DNA of 64,000 nucleotides from Thermoanaerobaculia bacterium (GTDB lineage: Bacteria > Acidobacteriota > Thermoanaerobaculia > Multivoradales > JAGPDF01): the NCBI GenBank assembly GCA_963821905.1, contig CAWGFP010000011.1:165950-229949 (forward strand), read 5' to 3'. Under the pieces are notes generated by a model. It was given only the letters and a program-made list of their open reading frames with translations, did not search any database and had not been told where the DNA came from. The position numbers and the translations under genes are program-made. Position 1 is the stretch's first letter. Every line of letters begins with the position of its first letter. Positions 18,818-31,176 of this stretch are shown one piece after another.

Positions 18818-19384
18818 TCACTCCGCCGAGACCAGGCGGCCGGCGCGACGGCCATGTTCACGGATCTCGGCGCTCAACTGGCGCAGAGGCACTGGACGCG
18901 GAGCGGGCGCCAGGCGCCCGTCCTTGGTGAGGAAGCGTGCGTTGTTCTCGACCATCGGCACGGCGAGCACCTCGCCGTCTCGGCTCCGCATGACACGGTA
19001 CTGGCCTTCGCGATACCCGAGGATGCGCATCGAGCCGTCCTCGTCCGCGCCGATGAAGGCGATCATGCTCTCGTTGAGGCGAAACTCCGGAAACCCGGCC
19101 GCCTCGACGGTGTAGCTGCCGACCGTGCCGCCAAACGTGCGCAGGGTGACATAGCGCGGCGCCTGGCCGACCAACGTTTCGTCGACCCGGATCAGGGCCT
19201 CAGTGAGGATCATCGTCGCCGAGGCATTCCAGAACGAGCTCACTTCGACGATTCTGCCGCGGATGACGGCGTCGGACTGCGCCGTGAGCTCTTCCTGGCT
19301 CATGTGGACGAAGGTCGATGCGACGGCGGAAACAGGGAGGGAGAGGACGAGGGTCAGGACGACCCAGGCCAGTTTGCGGACCAT
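18818..19384 (-). CDS. secreted 188-aa protein, homologous to the N-terminal domain of the 631-aa metzincin at 33745..35640
   Basis: Track ORF with signal peptide MVRKLAWVVLTLVLSLPVSAVA. STFVHMSQEELTAQSDAVIRGRIVEV aligns with TSYVAMTDEALVDEATLIVRGRIVRT of the paralog. Its stop is 12 nt from, or overlapping, the matrixin start. Confidence 0.7.
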   Translation of the reverse strand: MVRKLAWVVLTLVLSLPVSAVASTFVHMSQEELTAQSDAVIRGRIVEVSSFWNASATMILTEALIRVDETLVGQAPRYVTLRTFGGTVGSYTVEAAGFPEFRLNESMIAFIGADEDGSMRILGYREGQYRVMRSRDGEVLAVPMVENNARFLTKDGRLAPAPRPVPLRQLSAEIREHGRRAGRLVSAE

Positions 19385-19503
19385 GCTTGCCTCCTCTCAG
19401 ATGCGGCGCAGCGAGCGCCAGGTTCCAGAAGTCTGCAGGACTCGCCGGCGGCGAATCCTGCGCTAGAGAGTGGATTTGTCGTCGCCATCATACTCCGGCG
19501 GGC

Positions 19504-21426
19504 TCACGAAGTCTGATCCGCAGTCTCAGCCGCCGGCTGCCGCGAGAACTGCAGCTCGTAGAGCCGGTAGTAGATGCCGCGCAGGGCGAGCAGCTCCTGG
19601 TGGGTGCCCATGCTCGCGGATCTCGCCCTTGTGCAGGACCAGGATGCGGTCGGCCTGCTGGATGGTCGACAGGCGGTGGGCGATGACGATCGCGGTGCGG
19701 CCCTGCGAGCAGCCGGTCGAGCGCCTGCTGGATGAGCTGCTCGGTCTCGGTGTCGATCGACGAGGTGGCCTCGTCGAGGATCAGGATGCGCGGGTCGAAG
19801 GCGAGGGCGCGGGCGAAGGCGATGAGCTGCTTCTGGCCGACCGAGAGGCCGGCGCCGCGCTCCCGCACCGGCGCGTCGAAGCCGCCCGGCAGGCGCTCGA
19901 TGAACGGCAGGGCGTGCGACCTCGCGCCGCCGCCCAGCGCAGCCGCTCGTCGTCGATCTCTCGGCTCGCCCAGCCGGATGTTCGCCGCCGATCGTGCCGG
20001 AGAAGAGGAAGACGTCCTGGAGCACCAGGCCGACGCTGCGCCGCAGGCGCCGCAGGTCCCAGTCCCGCACGTCGACGCCGTCGACCCGCACGGCGCCCGC
20101 TGTCGACGTCGTAGAAGCGCAGGAGCAGGTTGGCGAGCGTGCTCTTGCCCGCGCCGGTGTGGCCCACCACCGCCAGCGTCTCGCCGGGCTGCGACCCGGA
20201 AGGAGACGCCGCGCAGCACCGGCTCGCCGTGCTTGTAGGCGAACCAGACGCCGTCGAACTCGATCTCGCCCGCGCACCGCGCGTCGGGCGCGATAGCGCG
20301 TCCGGCGGGCGAGCACGATCGGTCGACCGGCGTGTCGAGCAGCCGGAAGATGCGCTCCGAGGTGGCCATCGCGCGCCTGCAGGATGTTGTACTTCTCCGA
20401 CAGGTCCGCGAGCGGCTGGTAGAAGCGCTGGGCGTACTGGAGGAAGGCGACCAGGGCGCCGATCGACAGCGCGCCCGCGATCACCTGCGCCGCCGCCGAA
20501 CCAGAGGATCAGGCCGAGCCCGAGGGCGGTCGATCAGCTCGACCCCGGGATAGAAGACGGCGTAGTAGAAGATGCCGCGCACGTTGGCGTCGCGGTGCGC
20601 GTCGTTGATCGCCGCGAATCCTCGGCAGGCCCGCGCCTCGCGGCCGAAGAGCTGCACCACCGGCATGCCGGTGATGTGCTCCTGCAGGAAGGCGTTGATG
20701 CGCGCGATCCTGACCCGCACCTCGCGGAAGCTCTCGCCGCGCCCGCGCCTTGAACCAGGAGGTCAGCAGCAGGAGCAGCGGCACGATCGAGAACGTCACC
20801 AGCGCCAGCCGCCAGTCGAGCCAGAAGAGCACGCCGACGATCCCGCCAGCAGCACGACGTCGCCGAAGATCGACACCAGGCCGGCGGTGAAGCAGCTCGT
20901 TCAGCGCGTCGACGTCGGTGGTCACCCGGGTCACCAGACGGCCGACCGGGTTGCGGTCGAAGAAGGCGATCGGCAGCCGCTGCAGGTGGCCGAAGATCTG
21001 CCGGCGCAGGTCGTCCATGATGTGCTGCCCCATGAGCTGCATCACGTAGCCCTGGGCGTAGAGCACGACGAAGGTGAGGACCAGCGCGACCAGGTAGACC
21101 GCCGCCGCGGCCGCGAGCCCTTCGGACGGCCACGGCTGCCGGGTCGATCCCGCGGCGCCAGGAGCGTCGCCGACACCCACGGCTGACCGCCGGAGAGCGG
21201 GCCGCGCTCGCCCCTGCGGCCGGATGAAGAGGTCGAGCGCCACCGCCGTCGACCAGCGGGCCCGACGAGCTGCAGCAGCGAGGAGAGCGAGGATCAGCGC
21301 CACGCGCCAGCGCCGTCGTCCCGCGGTAGGGCCGGAGGTAGCCCAGCAGGCGCCGCATCAGGCGGGCGTCGTAGGCCTTGCCGAGGACCTCCTCTTCGTG
21401 GGGTCGGACGCCGCCGGCTCGCTCAT
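19504..21426 (-). pseudogene. MsbA-like ABC exporter (fused permease + ATPase), about 10 or more frame switches
   Basis: Conserved pieces are scattered over all three minus frames: [159 protein letters not shown] and [21 protein letters not shown]. Confidence 0.8.
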
Positions 21427-21585
21427 CGGCGGGAGCGATATCAGAGGGTGCGGGCCGTCGACCCTCGCCGGCAGCTCATACCCTTTCATCGTACATTCCG
21501 CGGACATGATGTACGACTTCGCCAGCGCAGCTCTTCACCAGGCAGAGTAGAGTCCGCTTCTCGCTGTTTCAGGGAGGTGTCGCTC

Positions 21586-22720
21586 ATGCCGCCGACCCTG
21601 AACCAGCTTCTCAAGGCGATGGTCGAGCAGGGAGGGTCCGACCTCCACATCACCACCAACTCGCCGCCGCAGGTCCGGGTCGACGGCGTGCCTCAGGCCG
21701 CTCAACCTGCCGCCGATGACGCCCGTCGGAGACCAAGCAGCTCGCCTACTCGATCCTCACCGACAACCAGAAGCACCGGCTGGAGGAGAACCTGGAGATC
21801 GACTTCTCCTTCGGCATCAAGGGGCTGGCGCGCTTCCGCGCCAACGTCTTCCACCAGCGCGGCGCCATCGCCGCGCGCGTTCCGGCAGATCCCCTACGAG
21901 ATCCGCGGCTTCCGCGAGCTCGGGCTGCCGCCGATCATCGAGAAGATCTGCGAGAAGCCGCGCGGCCTGGTGCTGGTCACCGGCCCCACCGGCTCCGGCA
22001 AGTCGACCACCCTGGCCGCCATGCTCGACAAGATCAACCGCGAGCGCGCCGAGCACATCGTCACCATCGAGGACCCGGTCGAGTACCTGCACAGCCACAA
22101 GAAGCTGCATCGTCAACCAGCGCGAGCTGCACGCCGACACCCACAGCTTCGCCAACGCCCTGCGCTCGGCGCTGCGGCAGGACCCCGACGTGGTGCTGAT
22201 CGGCGAGATGCGCGACCTCGAGACCATCGAGTCGGCGCTGCGCATCGCCGAGACCGGCCACCTGACCTTCGCCACCCTGCACACCAACTCGGCGGCGCAG
22301 ACGATCAACCGCATCATCGACGTCTTCCCCGCCCACCAGCAGGGGCAGATCCGCGCCCAGCTCTCGTTCGTGCTGGAGGGGATCCTCTGCCAGTCGCTGC
22401 TGCCCAAGGCCGCGCGGCAAGGGGCGCGCGCTGGCGATGGAGATCCTGGTGCCCAACTCGGCGATCCGCAACCTGATCCGCGAGGACAAGGTGCACCAGA
22501 TCTACGGCATGATGCAGACCGGCCAGGCCAAGTACGGCATGCAGACCTTCAACCAGTCGCTGGCCGCGCTCTACTTCAAGCGCATGATCACGCTGCAGAC
22601 CGCGCTCGCGCGCTCGTCGCTACCCCGACGAGCTGCAGGAGATCATCAACCGCGGTCCCGCCGCGCTCAACCCGAGCGCTCGGGGCCAGGCGCGAGGCGG
22701 CCGCGCAGGCAAGGAGCTAG
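21586..22720 (+). pseudogene. pilT: type IV pilus retraction ATPase PilT, several frameshifts; 3' end uncertain
   Basis: Pieces are [34 protein letters not shown] and Walker [32 protein letters not shown] (ORF 21448 frame). They continue with [50 protein letters not shown] (ORF 21716 frame) and [41 protein letters not shown] (ORF 22437 frame). Confidence 0.8.
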
Positions 22721-22724
22721 ACCG

Positions 22725-23942
<1,218 letters not shown>

Positions 23943-24037
23943 GCATCGCGACGCGGCTCGCGCGTCCGGCCGCCGGAGCGGCCGCCGCACGCGAGCGTCG
24001 TATCCGGCCCTCCCGTTGACGTCGCGACCGCGCGGAC

Positions 24038-25745
24038 ATGCGCGACTGCGCCATCGATGCCCGGCCTCGCGCCGTCAGCTGCGCTGGCTGATCGCGCATC
24101 CGGCTGGTGGTGATCACCAGCGTGCTGGTGCCCTACTTGCTGCTCGCAGATCTCGCGAGCGCACCGGCCGAGCCGCGCTTCGACTTCCTCTACCTGCTCG
24201 CCGGCTGCACCTATCTCGCCACCTGGTCTACATCGCCCTGCTCCGCCTGCTGCGCGGCCAGCCCATGGCCCAGGCCTACATCCAGTTCGTCGGCGACCTG
24301 CTGCTGGTCACCGGCCTGGTCTACTTCTTCGGCGGCATCGCGAGCCCGTTCTCGATGCTCTACCTGGTCGTCATCGCGGTGGCCGCGTCGCTGCTGCGCC
24401 GGCGCGCCGGCATCACTGGTGGCGACCGTCGCCTACGTGCTCTACGCCGCCTGCTCCTGGCCCTCTACTACAGCTGGCTGCCGACGGCCGAGCCGGCGCG
24501 GCTCGAGGACGCCGTCGGTCTGGCGCCTGACCTACAACCTCGCCGTCCATCTCTTCGGCTTCTACGCCGTGGCCTTGCTCACCTCCTACCTGGCGCAGAA
24601 CGTCTCGCCGCGCCGAGCGCGAGCTCGAGGAGAAGCGCGAGAACCTCGCCGACCTCGCAGGTCGTCCACCGCGACGTCATCCAGTCGATCACCAGCGGCC
24701 TGGTGACCACCGACCTCGACGGCACCGTCACCAGCGTCAACCGCGCCGGCGCTGGAGATCCTCGGCGCGCCCGGCGACCGAGCTGGTCGGCCGGCCGGTC
24801 GAGCGCACCGGCCTGTTCACCGCCGAGCGCTGGGCAGAGCTGACCGCCGCCGAGTGCGCGCACGCGCGGCCGGGCGCGCTGCGAGGTCGAGTTCCCGCGC
24901 GGCGGGCGAGACCTGCTCGTCGGCTTCTCGATCTCCCGCCTGACCGACGCCGACGGCAGGCACCGCGGCTTCATCGTCGTCTTCCAGGACCTGACCGCAG
25001 TGCGGCAGCTGCAGGAGGAGCTGCGGATCAAGGACCGCATGGCCGCGGTCGGCGAGCTCGCGGCCGGCCTCGCCCACGAGATCGGCAACCCGCTCGCCGC
25101 CATCTCGGGCTCGGTGCAGATGCTGGCCTCCTCGCCGGCCACGGCGATCCGGCGCAGCGCAAGCTGCTCGAGATCGTGCTCAAGGAGAGCCAGCGCCTCG
25201 ACCGCACGATCAAGGGCTTCCTGCGCTTCGCGCGGCCCGCGCGAGCGCTCGACGCGTGCGCTTCGACGTCGCGCCGCCTGCTGGCCGAGAACGTCGCGCT
25301 GCTGCGCAACAGCGAGGAGGTCGCCGCCCGGCACCGCATCGAGATCGAGCTCGATCCGCCCTCGGCCAGCCTGATCGCCGACCCCGACCAGGTGAGCCAG
25401 ATCTTCTGGAACCTGGCGCGCAACGCCCTGCGCGCCATGCCCGGACGGCGGCACTCTGCGGGTCAGCGGCCAGCTCGCTGGACGAGCGTCTACCGGCTGC
25501 CAGGTCGTCGACACCGGCCGCGGCATGACCGAGGAGCAGCGCAGCCAAGCTCTTCCAGCCCTTCCAGTCGTTCTTCGACGGCGGCACCGGCATCGGCATG
25601 GCGATCGTCTACCGCATCGTGCAGGAGCACGGCGGCCGCTGCAGCGTCGACAGCGAGCCCGGCGGCGGCACCACGCATCACGGTCGAGCTGCCGCGCCGG
25701 CCGAGGCCGCGTCAGGCTCCGGCGCCGCCGTCGGCGGTGCGCGGA

Positions 25746-25749
<4 letters not shown>
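24038..25749 (+). pseudogene. pilS: PilS-like membrane sensor histidine kinase (multi-TM + PAS + HisKA + HATPase), frameshifted; start approximate
   Basis: Pieces are RRQLRWLIA..VVITSVLVPYLLL, YIQFVGDLLLVTGLVYFFGGIASPFSMLYLVVI, PAS-like IQSITSGLVTTDLDGTVTSVNRAG and the H-box [18 protein letters not shown]. Also present are QIFWNLARNALRAM and GIGMAIVYRIVQEHGGRCSVDSEPGGGT. The stop TGA at 25747-25749 overlaps the pilR GTG. Confidence 0.7.
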
Positions 25750-27165
<1,416 letters not shown>

Positions 27166-27200
27166 AGATGCGAGGGCGCTGACGGCCCGACCACGCGCGA

Positions 27201-28037
27201 TCATTCACTCGTGCTCGGCTCCGACGGCATCGGAAACCGTTCTTGAATCCACGCTTGCCAGAGCGGTGTCTCGCGGGCGACCTCCTCGGCCGCCTGCTCG
27301 CCGTAAAGGTAGAAGTTCACGGCAACCATGCTCTGGCCGCCGAAGTTGACGGCGCCAAGGGCGGCTACGCCCGGCCCCGGCTTGTCGAGCCGCAGCAGGA
27401 AGTCGTACGGCCTCTGGGTGACGTACTCCACCACGCCCCGGAGTGCCGGAACGCCCGCCGGGACACCCGCGGGCGCCGTCCAACGCTGCCCGACGCTCAA
27501 GCCTTTCAGTCCCAATGCAGCGGTCAGCGTTTCCCACGCCTCCGCTTCGGTTCCCGTGGCTGGAGCCATGAGCTGCATGATCGCCGAGCGTTGGCCGCGG
27601 AAGTGCGTGAGATAGATCCGCAGGGTGCACAAGAAAGCGGGCCATCCGGATTCGGTGCCTTCCAGCTGGTTGTCCCAATCATCCGTGCTGGCGAAAAGGC
27701 TGTGGACAATACGGACGATGCAGATGCCTCCGCCGCGCGCTTCAACGCTCCACTCGTTCGCGATGGGCGGCGAGCCAGGGACCCAGCCATCGGACTGGGC
27801 ATTCCACTTTCGCGGCGGATCCCAGGCCGTGACGACGGAACGGGACTCCATGCCCGGGCCGAAGTTCAATTTCACCGCCACCGGCTTTCCTTCACGCTCC
27901 TCGAACTCGGCCGGCACGAACCAGGACGAAATACCCGGCCCGGTGGCGATGGCCTGCCAGACTTCCTCCGGCGTGCCGGGGACCTCGACTTCGACCTGGA
28001 CCCAGCGGCGTCCGGAGGTCTCTTTCTTCACGCTCAT
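27201..28037 (-). CDS. SRPBCC (Aha1/START-like) domain protein
   Basis: Intact 278-aa track ORF. EVEVPGTPEEVWQAIATGPGISSWF is typical of the family. There is a 4-nt overlap with the upstream ArsR gene, a common ArsR+SRPBCC pair. Confidence 0.8.
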   Translation of the reverse strand: MSVKKETSGRRWVQVEVEVPGTPEEVWQAIATGPGISSWFVPAEFEEREGKPVAVKLNFGPGMESRSVVTAWDPPRKWNAQSDGWVPGSPPIANEWSVEARGGGICIVRIVHSLFASTDDWDNQLEGTESGWPAFLCTLRIYLTHFRGQRSAIMQLMAPATGTEAEAWETLTAALGLKGLSVGQRWTAPAGVPAGVPALRGVVEYVTQRPYDFLLRLDKPGPGVAALGAVNFGGQSMVAVNFYLYGEQAAEEVARETPLWQAWIQERFPMPSEPSTSE

Positions 28038-28636
28038 GATGGCTCCTTGGGATCGGGTTTCTGCGGCAGAGGATGCGCCACGACCACCAGCCGATGCGCG
28101 CGGCCGCCTGGGGCGGATTCATCGTGGTACTTCGCAACCAGTTTGGTGATGGCCTCGGTGAGTTCGTTGCTGAACGCGGCCCGGTCCGTCGCCGAGCGGA
28201 AGCGAACTTCGGTATCCACCGCCAGCGTCGCCAGGCGTTTGCCCGCCTCTTTCGCACGACGAACGAGGTCGCCAACCTCGCGGACGACCCGCGCGCCCAG
28301 GGCGATGAGGTAGGTGGCGGACAGCCGATCGATTTCCCGATTCGGATCAGCGGCGACCGGGCCGAGAGCGCCCGGCGAAACGACGTAGGAAGAGGCCGTC
28401 GCCACGAGCAGCCGCTCCGTCAGCCCGCCCCACGTGCGTTCCTGGGCCAGCCGCACCAGCCCGTGCGCCTCCAGCGCGTGCAGATGGTAGTTGACCTTCT
28501 GCCGAGCCAAGCCGACCCGCGCGGCCAGCGTCGCCGCCGAGGCGGGCACGGCCAGCTCGGAGAGAAGTCGACTTCGGATGGGCTCCAAAGCCACCGTCGC
28601 CGCTGCCGGATCATCGATGACTTGGATGTCGAGCAC
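28034..28636 (-). CDS. ArsR/SmtB-family HTH transcriptional regulator
   Basis: Track ORF 200 aa. ALEPIRSRLLSELAVPASAATLAARVGLARQKVNYHLHALEAHGLV is a winged HTH. Confidence 0.85.
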   Translation of the reverse strand: MLDIQVIDDPAAATVALEPIRSRLLSELAVPASAATLAARVGLARQKVNYHLHALEAHGLVRLAQERTWGGLTERLLVATASSYVVSPGALGPVAADPNREIDRLSATYLIALGARVVREVGDLVRRAKEAGKRLATLAVDTEVRFRSATDRAAFSNELTEAITKLVAKYHDESAPGGRAHRLVVVAHPLPQKPDPKEPS

Positions 28637-28651
28637 GAGGAGATCGTAGTC

Positions 28652-28671
28652 TTGACAACTATTATTGTCAA
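28652..28671. promoter_or_regulatory. AT-rich perfect inverted repeat TTGACAA-N6-TTGTCAA (candidate ArsR operator overlapping a -35-like hexamer)
   Basis: Read directly: cTTGACAActattaTTGTCAAtg, 16 bp upstream of the ArsR start, in the divergent gap to the methyltransferase gene. Confidence 0.5.
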
Positions 28672-28760
28672 TGATGCATTTTGGTTGTGCTAGCCTGATT
28701 TCGGCCCGCGTGCGGCCTCCCCCGACACATACGCACGCGTGCAGTCATCAAGCGCCGGCC

Positions 28761-29855
28761 ATGGATCTGAAACATCTCCAGACACAGTGGGACGAATGGG
28801 GCAAACGGGATCCGCTCTGGGCCATTCTTTCCGACCACGGGGAGCGCAGCCTCGAGGACTTCTTCGCGCGCGGCCGGGCGGAGATCGCCCAGCGGCTGGA
28901 AGGACTGCAGGCGAAGGGTGTGGATCCGCCGCGGCGCCGAGCGCTCGACTTCGGCTGCGGGATGGGCCGCCTGACACAGGCGCTCTGCGACCATTTCGAC
29001 GAGTGCGAGGGCGTTGACGTCGCGCCCTCGATGATCGAGCTGGCGAAGAGCCACAACCAGCACGGCGACCGCTGCCGTTACCATTTGAACTCCGGTGACG
29101 ACCTGTCCCGCTTCGCCGATCGCACCTTTGATTTCATCTACACCGCGTTGGTCTTGCAGCACATGCGACCGCGGTACGCCCTGAGCTACATCCGTGAGTT
29201 CTTGCGGCTGGTGGGGCCGGGCGGCGTTGCGATGTTCCAGGTTCCCGGCGAGACGATTCGCAGCGCCGATGGCAGCGCGCCGTTGCGGGCGGCCTCGCCG
29301 CCTTTGCCAGCCAACGCCCGACGCGCCGAGATCACCATGATCGACCTGCCACCCAGCCGGCCCGCGGGGTTGCAGTTCAAGCTGCACGTTACGCTGCGCA
29401 ACGTCGGAGAGGGCACCTGGCCTGCCGCGCGCACGATGGACGGCGCCAATCAACTGGTGATCGTCGACCGCTGGCTCGATCCGTCCGGCAATGTCGTCGA
29501 GGCGGATGACGGCCGCGCGCTCCTGCCGCACGATCTCGAAGCCGGCGCAGCCGCCGACACGTCCTTGATCGTCACCGCGCCGCAACGGCCGGGACGCTAC
29601 GTTCTGGAGGTCGACGTGCTCGAGGAAGGAAACGGCCGGTTCGGCGAACGTGGCAGCAACCCAGCTGCCGAGTCGCTCGACGTCGTTGCGGTGGCGCCCG
29701 CTACGACCACCCCGGCGATCCAGATGTTCGGCGTCGGCAAGCACACCCTCACCAAGCTGGTCGAGGAGTCCGGCCTGCGCCTGGTGGATGCGGGTGAGAA
29801 CCGGTCCGCCGGCCCGCACTGGACGAGTCACACCTATTGCGTGCATCGCCCCTGA
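28761..29855 (+). CDS. class I SAM-dependent methyltransferase with C-terminal beta-sandwich-like extension
   Basis: From codon 33 of ORF 28665..29855 (MDLKHLQTQWDEWGK). SAM motif I is RALDFGCGMGRLTQ, with FDFIYTALVLQHM also present. About 170 extra C-terminal residues follow. Confidence 0.8.
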   Translation: MDLKHLQTQWDEWGKRDPLWAILSDHGERSLEDFFARGRAEIAQRLEGLQAKGVDPPRRRALDFGCGMGRLTQALCDHFDECEGVDVAPSMIELAKSHNQHGDRCRYHLNSGDDLSRFADRTFDFIYTALVLQHMRPRYALSYIREFLRLVGPGGVAMFQVPGETIRSADGSAPLRAASPPLPANARRAEITMIDLPPSRPAGLQFKLHVTLRNVGEGTWPAARTMDGANQLVIVDRWLDPSGNVVEADDGRALLPHDLEAGAAADTSLIVTAPQRPGRYVLEVDVLEEGNGRFGERGSNPAAESLDVVAVAPATTTPAIQMFGVGKHTLTKLVEESGLRLVDAGENRSAGPHWTSHTYCVHRP

Positions 29856-29910
29856 CGGCAACCGGTCGCCGATCTGGAGGCGATGGACGTCGACCGAGAA
29901 CCTGAGAATC

Positions 29911-31176
29911 ATGAGAGCCATGACCCTGCTACTGCTTCTCGGGCCTGGCGTTCCAGCCTGCCACCAGGGTCCGACTACGGCAGACACCGGCACCGCACAA
30001 AGAACACAGCTCGCGGCGCCAACCCCTGGCCTCTCGGCCGTCGCGTTCTACGACGTAGGAGTGCATCCGAGAGCGATCGCGGTCGCTGACGTCAACCGCG
30101 ACGGGCACATGGATGTCGCGGTGGCGAACTCCGGTGAGGCCACCGTGACCGTCTTGTTCGGCGACGCGGCCGGGCAGCTCCGCGGCCCTGTCGCGCTCGC
30201 GGCGGGGCCGGAGCCCTCCGACGTCGACGCGATCGACCTCGACCGCGATGGCGATATCGACCTCGTGGTCGCCAATCACGAGACTCCGCTGGTAACCGTT
30301 CTCCTCAACGATGGCCGCGGCCGGTTTTCACCCGCTCCGGGCTCGCCGTTCGACACCGGAGCGCGTCCGCACGTTCATGGGTTGGCAATCGGCGATTTCG
30401 ATGGCAACGGATGGCCGGACGTGGCGGTGGAAAGCGCCGATACACGGGAAGTCCGAGTCGTTCTCGGCGGCGAGCGCGGCCTCGCTGCGGCGATCCCCGT
30501 AGCGGTGGGAACCATGCCCTACTCCCGTCTTGGAGTCGGGCAGGTATCCGGGGATGACCACCCCGAGGTACTGGTCCCGGGCCACCGTGACCACACCGTG
30601 CGTTTCATCGAGAGCGCCGGCGGAGTCTTGCGCGAAGCTGCGTGGACCATTCGGCTGGCGGCGCAGCCGTGGATGGTCGTGGGTGGCGACGTGAACGGCG
30701 ACCGGCGAGACGACATCGTAGTGGTCGAAACGGACGGGATCAGCGTCTGGCGCGCGGGCGAGGGCGGGTTTGCTCCCGCAGCCGGTTCACCCTTCTCGAT
30801 CCAGAAAGCCACCGAAGTCGCCGTGGGAGACCTCGACGGCGATGGGGCCGCCGATGTCGCGGTCGGCCCCTGGGACGGAGACGAGGTGACGGTGCTCGTC
30901 AACCGGGTCACCGCTGAGCGCCGGATCCGGATGTGTGAAAAGCCACACGGCCTGGCGATCGCCGACCTGAATGGCGACGGTCGAGGGGAGTTGCTGGCCA
31001 CCTGTACGAGCACGAACAAGCTGGCGGTCACGTCGCTCGCGGCTCATCGCGAAGCCGCCGAGAGGTCAGCCGCCGCAGGTGAAGGGCTTCGACAGCAAGC
31101 CGTGCCCCGAAGTGCCCAGCCACAGGCGGCCGCCGAAGGAAACGGCGGCGGCAATATCGCGCGGCGGCACCGGTAG
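29911..31176 (+). CDS. FG-GAP/VCBS-repeat lipoprotein
   Basis: From codon 88 of ORF 29650..31176: MRAMTLLLLLGPGVPAC (lipobox). It has repeated DVNRDGHMDVAV, DLDRDGDIDLVV, GDFDGNGWPDVAV, GDLDGDGAADVAV and ADLNGDGRGELL motifs. The last ~110 nt overlap the convergent gene, so the 3' end is uncertain. Confidence 0.75.
   Translation: MRAMTLLLLLGPGVPACHQGPTTADTGTAQRTQLAAPTPGLSAVAFYDVGVHPRAIAVADVNRDGHMDVAVANSGEATVTVLFGDAAGQLRGPVALAAGPEPSDVDAIDLDRDGDIDLVVANHETPLVTVLLNDGRGRFSPAPGSPFDTGARPHVHGLAIGDFDGNGWPDVAVESADTREVRVVLGGERGLAAAIPVAVGTMPYSRLGVGQVSGDDHPEVLVPGHRDHTVRFIESAGGVLREAAWTIRLAAQPWMVVGGDVNGDRRDDIVVVETDGISVWRAGEGGFAPAAGSPFSIQKATEVAVGDLDGDGAADVAVGPWDGDEVTVLVNRVTAERRIRMCEKPHGLAIADLNGDGRGELLATCTSTNKLAVTSLAAHREAAERSAAAGEGLRQQAVPRSAQPQAAAEGNGGGNIARRHR

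Noticed and set aside
31066-31176. A 111-nt convergent overlap between the FG-GAP and BNR genes.
   Set aside because: The FG-GAP ORF probably just runs on to the first available stop in GC-rich sequence, since its last ~35 residues are low-complexity. There is no evidence of functional antisense overlap.
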